From positions 1 through 64,000 of IMG/VR virus record IMGVR_UViG_3300002220_000029: a stretch of DNA of 64,000 bases. One strand, 5' to 3'. Source of the stretch: a virus (taxonomy: Duplodnaviria > Caudoviricetes). A program made the translations under genes and the position numbers. Below, in pieces: positions 1 to 7,642 of the stretch; within the stretch, counting starts at the first letter, position 1; every line of letters begins with the position of its first letter. Below the pieces are notes generated by a model, which worked only from the letters and a program-made list of their open reading frames with translations, was not told the DNA's origin and searched no databases.

Positions 1-2061
1 TATGATAATCTTTTGATCAAAGATGGTGTCAGGGCGGTCCGTATTGATGTTGGTGGTGCCTTAGAGTTCAGAGCACAAGGTTTGGCAAAAGGACTTGATT
101 TTGGTGATGAGGTTTTAGAACTTTCCTCTATGAGAAATGCCAATGTCAATACACAAGCAGCAGCAGTATTTAAGAATGTTACTCAGGCAGAGTTGGAAGC
201 TGGTGTTAGAAAGGTGTTGTCTGTTTCTGACGATGAAATACGCGATCTGGTGTTAAAATATGGCAATGGCGCTTCTGCAGAGAGACAGGCTCTGGCCGAG
301 AAGTTAATTGCTCGCAAGAGATCAATAGCAAAACAATTCCCAAAAATCGAGGCAGAAGTAAAGGCCATTGCTTTGCCGAAAGATTCTTTTACCAGAGTAA
401 CAGACCAAGAGTACAAAAAGCTTGGCACATCTGCCCGAATTAATGGCATCAATATCCCGATAGATGCCGAAGGTATTGAAGACAGAAGAGCATTGTTGTG
501 GATTGAAAAAGATACAAGCGGTAAACAAATTGGCATGGTACAGATGAAATTGAGAGAAGAAACCATGGCCAAGATGGATAGTATGATGAAAGATTCAGCC
601 CAACAATTACATGTTTATAATCCGGAGGCGGTTCATACTCCAATCATGGATGCGTTGAGAGGAATTGCAATGCAGTCCAGAAATGCTGAAGGATTAAGGT
701 CAAAAGATATACAAAGAGCGACGGAAGCAATCACTAATTGGAAAAAAGAATATTCTGCTCTTGTCAAATCTGGGAAGTATGTGGAAAGCGATTTGATTGC
801 TCTGGATAATTATTATAAATCGTGGCTGAACGTTCTTCAGAAGGTGATCGATGTTGGAGAAGGCAAAGTATACAAATGGGCCTTGGATGCTAACTTCAGA
901 GATACTTTTAAACAGTTTACAAAGGTTATTCAAGAAAAGGCAGTAAAGGCAGCAGCCAAAGTTCCTGATGAAGTGGCGTTTGTTAAGAAACCTGGAGAAA
1001 TATTGGAAAAGAAAATATCCAGAGGATGGGCGCAACGCACAGGGAATACTTTGAAGGTGTATGAATATCACATGGAGGCAGAAGTAGATGGAATTAAATA
1101 TTATTATTGGCCTAATAGAAATGACATAAGTTTTGCTCATCGTGGTCTTTTGAGAATTGAAATGCCGACTGGGACCAAGCCAGATTTAGAAAAAGCATTA
1201 CAAATATTACAGGATAAGATAGGTGTTAATACTGCACGTGCGACTGATGAGCAATTGGAATCTTTATATCTGAGACAGATTGCTTATGCCAGAAATGAGA
1301 AGCGTTGTTATAATTTAATGGAACAAGCTGATGCATTATCAACAGAGAAAGAAAGAATAGATCTTTACAAGAAAAAGATAAGCGAATTTGTAGGGTATGA
1401 TATTACTCAGTCATCCATGTATAATTATAAGGGTGTTGCTAACATATATGATGTTGGCAAAACTAATCTGATGAGGCCGGATTTGGAAGGTGCAGCTTGG
1501 GAGAAGGTTAAGAGAGATTACAAATTCTCTCATTCATTGTATATATCCTCAGAGAATTTCGCCAAACAGGTTTTGGAAAATGGTGCGGAAATGACTGCTA
1601 CGGCAGATAAATTGAGAAAAGGGTTTTCATGGGAAGGAACGTCTCCTGGTCCTGATATGAAATCTGGTGGGGCTAATACAATTTTCATGCGTTTTGGTCG
1701 AGGTCGCGCTGGTTGCGAATTACAATGGAAAGGCGATTTAGCAGCAAGAATGGATTTGACATTTTATCCTGGTGATTATTATGGCTGTTTTGATGATGTG
1801 TATGGCAGAAACCATGGCTGGATTTCTGGAAGTCAAACCATGAAAGAAAAAAGAATTGCTAACCCTGAAAATTGGGTCAAAGACAATGTAACAGAGGTAG
1901 TTGCTAAACAGTCTTTGTCGATTTTTGATCCTTCTTTTGATAAATGGGTGATTAAAAATAGTGATGAGCGTAAAGTTGTTTTGAAGTTGTTCCGAGATCA
2001 CGGGTATGAGAGATGGCCAGATGGTCGGTTATTGGAAGATGTAATTGTGGCCAATTATTAA
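1..2061 (+). CDS. 5'-truncated large head-associated protein (MuF/head-morphogenesis position) with a PI3K/HipA-like kinase C-lobe and a C-terminal ADP-ribosyltransferase-like domain
   Basis: Frame 1 is open from base 1 and reads YDNLLIKDGVRAVRIDVGGALEFRAQG, resembling the kinase D-N catalytic loop plus an IDxG (DFG-like) motif. The C-terminus has FSHS...GGANTIFMR...NVTEVV, an ART-like H/aromatic/E strand pattern. It lies just upstream of scaffold and MCP, where MuF genes normally sit. Confidence 0.5.
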   Translation, partial: YDNLLIKDGVRAVRIDVGGALEFRAQGLAKGLDFGDEVLELSSMRNANVNTQAAAVFKNVTQAELEAGVRKVLSVSDDEIRDLVLKYGNGASAERQALAEKLIARKRSIAKQFPKIEAEVKAIALPKDSFTRVTDQEYKKLGTSARINGINIPIDAEGIEDRRALLWIEKDTSGKQIGMVQMKLREETMAKMDSMMKDSAQQLHVYNPEAVHTPIMDALRGIAMQSRNAEGLRSKDIQRATEAITNWKKEYSALVKSGKYVESDLIALDNYYKSWLNVLQKVIDVGEGKVYKWALDANFRDTFKQFTKVIQEKAVKAAAKVPDEVAFVKKPGEILEKKISRGWAQRTGNTLKVYEYHMEAEVDGIKYYYWPNRNDISFAHRGLLRIEMPTGTKPDLEKALQILQDKIGVNTARATDEQLESLYLRQIAYARNEKRCYNLMEQADALSTEKERIDLYKKKISEFVGYDITQSSMYNYKGVANIYDVGKTNLMRPDLEGAAWEKVKRDYKFSHSLYISSENFAKQVLENGAEMTATADKLRKGFSWEGTSPGPDMKSGGANTIFMRFGRGRAGCELQWKGDLAARMDLTFYPGDYYGCFDDVYGRNHGWISGSQTMKEKRIANPENWVKDNVTEVVAKQSLSIFDPSFDKWVIKNSDERKVVLKLFRDHGYERWPDGRLLEDVIVANY

Positions 2062-2078
2062 TTACATAAAAATTTAAT

Positions 2079-2093
2079 AATAGGATATAATAG
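2079..2093 (+). promoter_or_regulatory. Putative promoter -10 element (AATAGGATATAATAG)
   Basis: TATAAT at 2086-2091 precedes an AGGAGG RBS. The identical 15-mer recurs at 58419-58433. Confidence 0.55.
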
Positions 2094-2107
2094 AAATAGG
2101 AGGACCT

Positions 2108-2491
2108 ATGAATATTGCGGATAAATTTTTACAAATACAGTTTGGAGATTTACCACCAGAACGACTAATCGCTGGATTATTTGAAATACCAAGGATCGGA
2201 TACGTTTACTTTGATCTTGGTTGGGATCAAATGGACGCTAAACCTTATCATGAAATTGGTACTTTGATTGAGAGTCAAGCAGGTCGATGGGTTTTTCAAG
2301 GCAAAGATGGGTTAAAAACAACTATTACAGAGATAGAAGAAGACGACCCTTTGTATGATGATGCAGAAGATTGGTTTTACTATGCCAAAGGTTTAGATAA
2401 TAGCAAGATGATTGAAGGTTTAAAAAAAGATTTTGATCTGTCTCCAGATAGTGTGATCAAGTCTGTTTGGGTTTATCCAAAACAGCAATAA
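2108..2491 (+). CDS. Small acidic hypothetical protein, candidate immunity protein for the upstream enzyme domains
   Basis: 127 aa with a strong RBS and its own TATAAT, directly after the putative toxin gene. Confidence 0.45.
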   Translation: MNIADKFLQIQFGDLPPERLIAGLFEIPRIGYVYFDLGWDQMDAKPYHEIGTLIESQAGRWVFQGKDGLKTTITEIEEDDPLYDDAEDWFYYAKGLDNSKMIEGLKKDFDLSPDSVIKSVWVYPKQQ

Positions 2492-2571
2492 AAAAAATAT
2501 CTTTTATTTTGGTCTAAAATAAATTATAAGGAATCATAAACGTTCAAAACCGGGAAAGGAGTATTGAGTGT

Positions 2572-3339
2572 ATGAAGTTGAAATTAGTTGTGGATAGTAT
2601 GGAAGGACTTGATGAATCATTGCAGTCTTTGTACAAACAAGGAGGTGATGGCAAGTTTTATCTGCAGACAGAAGAGGATGCAGATACCAAGAAGAAGCTT
2701 CAGGAGTTCCGTGATAACAACATCAAGTTAATGAAAGAGAAAGAAGAGTTGGAAAAGAAGTTTGCCGGTGTTGATCCTTCCCAGATAGCCGAAATGAAAA
2801 AGAAACTCCAGGCCATTGATGACAAAAAGATGATTGAGGCCGGAAAGATTGATGAGCTGGTTGCCCAGAAGGTTGAACGAATGAGGGCTGATTTTGAAAA
2901 TCAGCTCACAGCAATGAAGACAGCCTTGGAGCAGAAAGACACAGAGAATGGCAAACTCAATAGCAGACTGTCTGAGGTGCTGATTGATTCGGAAATCACA
3001 AGAGCTGTTAATGCTGTTGGTGGTGTCCGAAAGGAGGCATTACAGGATCTGATCGCAAGAGGCAAACGGGTGTGGAAACTGGAAGAAGGAAAGCCTGTTC
3101 CCAAGGAAGGCGACAAAACCCTTTATGGCAAGGATGGTAAAAGCATTCTTACATTTGATGAATGGGCACAGATTCAGTTTGAGACCGCTTCTTTCTTATT
3201 TGAACCATCTGCTGGTGGCGGTGCTACTGGCGCAGGAGGAGGGGCTGGTAGAGGCATAAAGCAGTCAGAGAAAGAGGCACTTGCCAAGCTGCCTCCGCAG
3301 GAAAGATTGAAACATATTCACGGTGGTATGCAACAGTAG
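2572..3339 (+). CDS. Capsid scaffolding protein
   Basis: Charged coiled-coil protein with a Gly-rich C-terminal linker (SAGGGATGAGGG), immediately upstream of the MCP. Confidence 0.8.
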   Translation: MKLKLVVDSMEGLDESLQSLYKQGGDGKFYLQTEEDADTKKKLQEFRDNNIKLMKEKEELEKKFAGVDPSQIAEMKKKLQAIDDKKMIEAGKIDELVAQKVERMRADFENQLTAMKTALEQKDTENGKLNSRLSEVLIDSEITRAVNAVGGVRKEALQDLIARGKRVWKLEEGKPVPKEGDKTLYGKDGKSILTFDEWAQIQFETASFLFEPSAGGGATGAGGGAGRGIKQSEKEALAKLPPQERLKHIHGGMQQ

Positions 3340-3352
3340 GAGGTAAAAATTA

Positions 3353-3462
3353 GATCCGGTGGATCGATGTAAATTTGAAAGGTAGTTAGTTCGGACGGTG
3401 CCGAATAACGAAATCCCGGTGGGATTTAATCTTAATTGATTATTTCTTGCCGGGATTTTTTA
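3353..3462 (+). promoter_or_regulatory. Structured scaffold-MCP intergenic element: three C-GGT-G hairpins plus an alternative terminator-like pairing
   Basis: Hairpins GATCC-GGT-GGATC (3353-3365), GTTA(G)TTCGG(A)C-GGT-GCCGAATAAC (3385-3409) and AAATCCC-GGT-GGGATTT (3411-3427). AAATCCCGG can alternatively pair with CCGGGATTT (3450-3458), which is followed by a T run. Confidence 0.6.
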
Positions 3463-3507
3463 GTTTAAGGCAACATTAAAACAAATTTTTAACAGGAGGT
3501 AAATGAA

Positions 3508-4446
3508 ATGGCTTTAACACTTATTGAATCAGCAAAAATTGCTCTGGGCAGAGACGAAATGCTCAAGGCCACAGTTATGGAATTGTTTGCGAAGGGATCT
3601 GACATTCTGCAGTATATGCCCTTTGATGACATTACCGGCAACGCCTTGAAGTTTGATCGTGAGAAGAACCTGCCAGGAGTAGCGTTCAGAGGAGTCAACG
3701 AGGCATACACAGAGAGCACTGGAGAAGTTGAGAAGGTGATTGAATCTCTCGCAATCGCTGGTGGTGATCTGGATGTCGATGCCTTCCTCATCAAAACGGG
3801 TGGTGCAGGACAGAGGGCTGTTCAGGAAGGCCTGAAGATCAAGGCTCTTTCTCTCAATCTCACCAAAACATTCATTAAAGGCGATGTGACGTCAGATCCA
3901 AAAGCGTTTGACGGTCTTCAGGTTCGCTGCACAGGTGACCAGCTTGTTTCGACAGGCACGGCATCCAGTTCGGCAGCTGCTCTTACTCTCACCAAGATCG
4001 ATGAGTTGATTGATGCTGTTGAGGATCCTACACATTTCATCATGAATAAAACCATGAGACGACGTATGTCGGCTGCGGCAAGACTTTCCACCGTTGGCGG
4101 TTATGTTACCTATGATCTCGATGCATTCGGTCGTAGGGTAACCAAATTCAATGACATTCCTATTCTGGTCGTTGACAAAGACGAAACCAATACCGACATC
4201 ATTGACTTTCTTGAGACCAGCCCTGGTGGTGTTGCTTCAACATGTAGCTCCCTCTATTGCGTCTCCTTTGCAGAGAATGGGGTGATGGGTCTCCAGTCTT
4301 CGGAAATGGATGTGAGGGATCTCGGAGAACAGGATTCCAAGCCGGTATTCAGGACTCGTATTGAATGGTACATCACGCTTGCCATTCTGCGTCCTCGTGC
4401 GGCTGCAAGACTGTTTGGAGTTGTTGATGCGGCAATCGCTGCGTAA
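3508..4446 (+). CDS. Major capsid protein (HK97-like)
   Basis: 312 aa with LPGVAFRGVNEAY and GGDLDVD motifs typical of this MCP family. Follows the scaffold gene and has a strong RBS. Confidence 0.9.
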   Translation: MALTLIESAKIALGRDEMLKATVMELFAKGSDILQYMPFDDITGNALKFDREKNLPGVAFRGVNEAYTESTGEVEKVIESLAIAGGDLDVDAFLIKTGGAGQRAVQEGLKIKALSLNLTKTFIKGDVTSDPKAFDGLQVRCTGDQLVSTGTASSSAAALTLTKIDELIDAVEDPTHFIMNKTMRRRMSAAARLSTVGGYVTYDLDAFGRRVTKFNDIPILVVDKDETNTDIIDFLETSPGGVASTCSSLYCVSFAENGVMGLQSSEMDVRDLGEQDSKPVFRTRIEWYITLAILRPRAAARLFGVVDAAIAA

Positions 4447-4477
4447 TCGAAATCAATTTTGAAGGAGGTAATAGAAA

Positions 4478-4969
4478 ATGTTGGATAATAGAAAAGTAAT
4501 CATTGACGAGGAACTGAAACTCGCTGATACTGGTGGATCGACAGCAGTCATTTACGACTCTGCCGCAGGCACTGTCGATGGTGTCGGTAAGTATTATGAC
4601 ACAGGCGGTGGCTACACGGAAGGTCTTTTTGTGGTTGATATTGAAACAATCACGTTTGCCACAGGTGCTTCCAATTACAAGACGATCGATATTTGTCTTG
4701 AAGGATCAAGTGCAGAATCGTCTGCTGATTATGTACCGCTGGCAAGGATCCTGTGCGGTATTGCTGCAACGTCTGCTGATGACAGGACCGACATTGTCCA
4801 TGCAACATGGGCATGTATCACTGCCGGTCGTTACATCATTCCGTTCCACAATGATTTTGGTGGAACGATTTACCGCTATCTGCGTGTTTACACCACATTC
4901 CTTACCGCTACGGCAGAAGCATCTGGAAGTGCAACACTGGCTTTCAAGGCTTATTTGTCGAAGCGATAA
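4478..4969 (+). CDS. Capsid decoration/cement protein (Bbp16-like)
   Basis: 163-aa beta-rich protein directly after the MCP, starting MLDNRKVIIDEELKL. Confidence 0.5.
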   Translation: MLDNRKVIIDEELKLADTGGSTAVIYDSAAGTVDGVGKYYDTGGGYTEGLFVVDIETITFATGASNYKTIDICLEGSSAESSADYVPLARILCGIAATSADDRTDIVHATWACITAGRYIIPFHNDFGGTIYRYLRVYTTFLTATAEASGSATLAFKAYLSKR

Positions 4970-4981
4970 GAGGAGGTCGAC

Positions 4982-6214
4982 ATGAAGAAAACCGGGATTC
5001 TCATATCGGCCTGCATGATGGTGAAAAATGAGGAGCATAACCTTGAGCGTTGCCTACAGTCAATCAAGCCTCTGGTTGACGAAGTTGTGGTGGTAGATAC
5101 TGGTTCTACAGATCGGACAGTTGAAATAGCCAAAAGTTTTGGAGCCCGTGTCTACCACCATCCTTGGCAACATGATTTTTCACTGCATCGTAACCAATCC
5201 ATGTCCTATGCAAAAGGGAAATGGGTGTTCATTATTGATGCTGACGAAGAGGCAGTATTGACAAATGGCTCAAGCTGGAAGGATGTCAGGGCAGTATTGC
5301 ACAGGGTAGATGGCAAATATCCAGCTGCGGCTGTTCTTTTGAAAGATGTTCAGAAAGGGCTGGAAGTGATGCAATTCAATTCAACACGATTTTTCAAGAA
5401 AGGCAGATGTCATTATGAAGGAATCGTGCATAACCAGCCACAAGTTGATGGTCAAGCAGTTTTCAATCCTCATTTCTTTATAAAACACTACGGATATGAT
5501 TTGACACCAGATAAGAAAGACCAGAAGTTTGAAAGGAGCAAGACCTTATTGCTCAAGCAAGTTGAGGAAAACCAATTGGCAGATGGTCTTCCTTATTTCT
5601 ATCTTTGCCAATTATATGCCGAGCATAAAGACCAAAAAGAGGCTGCTGAATGGGGAGAGAAATATTGGGAGATGTATGACCGTGGCGAAATACAGGAGAA
5701 GTATTTCAACAAGGTCATTTATTTCACAATGGTTAAACAGTACATGAAGCTGGGTGACCAAAAGAAAGCATATGAGTGGCTTGAAAGAGGTGTGGAAAAG
5801 AACGAAGGTGATTTGGATTTGGCAATGGCAGCTCTTGAGTATGGTGTTTGGATCAACAAAGCAGAGTTGACATTGAATGCAGCCAAGGATTTTATTGGGC
5901 TGTATGAAGTTTATATGAAGGAGCCAGATGCAAAAGCCAAAAAATTTGTATTTACATTAAGACCAGAGGTGTTGGCTATCGCACAATATCATTTTGCCTT
6001 GATCAGTCTGAAACAAGGCACAAGAATGTTACAGAATTTGATGGGTAATCTTAAAACACTGCCGAAACCTTTTATGGACGGCATGTTAAATGATCTCAAT
6101 AAGCAACTGAAGGAATCGGGTTTGCCTATACGGTTTGGCAGTGATATTAAGGCTGGTGCTGAACCTGCCACCGAACCAGCAAAGCCGGAAATGACAACTA
6201 TGTCATTAAATTGA
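4982..6214 (+). CDS. GT2-family glycosyltransferase with C-terminal TPR-like helices
   Basis: Motifs ISACMMVKNEE, VVVDTGSTDRT, DFSLHRN, IIDADE (DxD) and HYGY, followed by a helical repeat tail. Confidence 0.92.
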   Translation: MKKTGILISACMMVKNEEHNLERCLQSIKPLVDEVVVVDTGSTDRTVEIAKSFGARVYHHPWQHDFSLHRNQSMSYAKGKWVFIIDADEEAVLTNGSSWKDVRAVLHRVDGKYPAAAVLLKDVQKGLEVMQFNSTRFFKKGRCHYEGIVHNQPQVDGQAVFNPHFFIKHYGYDLTPDKKDQKFERSKTLLLKQVEENQLADGLPYFYLCQLYAEHKDQKEAAEWGEKYWEMYDRGEIQEKYFNKVIYFTMVKQYMKLGDQKKAYEWLERGVEKNEGDLDLAMAALEYGVWINKAELTLNAAKDFIGLYEVYMKEPDAKAKKFVFTLRPEVLAIAQYHFALISLKQGTRMLQNLMGNLKTLPKPFMDGMLNDLNKQLKESGLPIRFGSDIKAGAEPATEPAKPEMTTMSLN

Positions 6215-6234
6215 TCCGGGAGGAGGATAAAGAT

Positions 6235-6480
6235 ATGTATTTCGTTTATGATAAAGACGGAAAGAAGTTTAGGATGAATCACAGGATAGATCAGAGAGCT
6301 GCCATCAATACAGGCAAGTATTCAAAAAATCCGCCTGGTGTTGAGGAACCTATTGTACCAGAACCTGTCAAGGGAGAAGCCATTGAAGGTGTTGTGATTG
6401 ACCGACCTGTGGAAGTAAAGAAACTGGTGATTGAAGGTGAAATAATCAAGGACAAGAAGAAACTACAGAGACCCAAATAA
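6235..6480 (+). CDS. Hypothetical protein
   Basis: ATG at 6235 after a GGAGGAGG RBS. The ORF-track TTG start is less likely. Confidence 0.6.
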   Translation: MYFVYDKDGKKFRMNHRIDQRAAINTGKYSKNPPGVEEPIVPEPVKGEAIEGVVIDRPVEVKKLVIEGEIIKDKKKLQRPK

Positions 6481-6492
6481 TGGAGGTGTGAC

Positions 6493-7002
6493 GTGGCTGC
6501 GACAATTCAAATACATGAAATGAGTGCTGCAGATGCCGGTGCAGATAAAACATCAGACGTTGTTCGTTTCAAGAATGCAAATGATGCCAATGTTGACTCC
6601 AACAATCCGATGGTAATTCCTGATGCAGCAACGACATATAGTTTCCCAAAGCAGTTAAGAGCTTACATGGAAGCAGCGCCTGCTGTTCAGATAAGCAATA
6701 TGCGTTGGTATTCTGATGGGGCTGGTTCATGGGGAACTTCGGTTGGAGTTTTGGTAAAGAACATCGGCACCACTTATGCAACACAGGCAACAACTCCAGC
6801 GATAGAAGGCACGGCTGATTTCTTTGGCAAAACATCGGCTGCTCCTCTGGATGGAGACACGATTGATGCTGGTCCTTTTGTTCCTGCTGATGATGATACA
6901 TACATAGGTGATTTGATCCTGTTGCAGTTGTCTGTTACCCCTTCTGCATCACAGGGATCATTGTCTGCAGAGACTGTTACTTTGGCATATGATGAGATTT
7001 AG
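6493..7002 (+). CDS. Putative virion structural protein
   Basis: Ala/Thr/Asp-rich beta protein in the head module, with a GGAGG RBS and GTG start. Confidence 0.55.
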   Translation: MAATIQIHEMSAADAGADKTSDVVRFKNANDANVDSNNPMVIPDAATTYSFPKQLRAYMEAAPAVQISNMRWYSDGAGSWGTSVGVLVKNIGTTYATQATTPAIEGTADFFGKTSAAPLDGDTIDAGPFVPADDDTYIGDLILLQLSVTPSASQGSLSAETVTLAYDEI

Positions 7003-7004
7003 TT

Positions 7005-7304
7005 ATGGATTTGCCTAATGCTTATACTTGGGAGGCAGAGAAGGGTGGAGAACTAATCACAATAGGAGGAGACCTTTCTGGTGTTGAAAGATTTTCTTTA
7101 TTGCCTCAAGTAATTGGTCTGCCGCAACATGATTTAGTTGGTGTGGAAATGATTAGACGATTCAGCAGGGCATTTATAAGAGGTATGGGTGGCGGACCAA
7201 GAGAGTATTTGCATTGTGTTGTGTGCAAAGGTTTTCGAATGTATGTGAAATCAACTGATGGAACGGTGCTGATAACACCAGAAGATTATGAGCTGTATTT
7301 ATGA
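7005..7304 (+). CDS. Hypothetical protein
   Basis: 99-aa ORF tightly packed in the operon. Confidence 0.6.
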   Translation: MDLPNAYTWEAEKGGELITIGGDLSGVERFSLLPQVIGLPQHDLVGVEMIRRFSRAFIRGMGGGPREYLHCVVCKGFRMYVKSTDGTVLITPEDYELYL

Positions 7305-7642
7305 AGATCGAAATTGAAATTCCAGAATGGGCGGAAGACGAATACAAGGATTGGTTCATCATCTCCGGTTCGGAGCAGCGTGCCTATTTCAAGCACAACG
7401 AGAAGAAGTGGCACATCAAGACAAAGGGCTGTGTCATGTGTGGTAACTGTTGTGTAAATCTTCCGAAAGGACAATACGAGTTGGATGCGAAGGGCGATTG
7501 CATCCATTTGGGTCAGGATGGTGACAAACGACCATGCAATTTGGGTATTATGCGTCCATGGCCGTGCATAGAGGGTGATCCGACAAAAGGACAATGGGGT
7601 AAATTGGCAGGTTGTAGCATTCGGTATGATGGGGATAAATAG
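7301..7642 (+). CDS. YkgJ/CxxCxxCC-family cysteine-cluster (Zn or Fe-S) protein
   Basis: Contains CVMCGNCC...DCIHL...PCNL...RPWPC. Confidence 0.75.
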   Translation: MKIEIEIPEWAEDEYKDWFIISGSEQRAYFKHNEKKWHIKTKGCVMCGNCCVNLPKGQYELDAKGDCIHLGQDGDKRPCNLGIMRPWPCIEGDPTKGQWGKLAGCSIRYDGDK

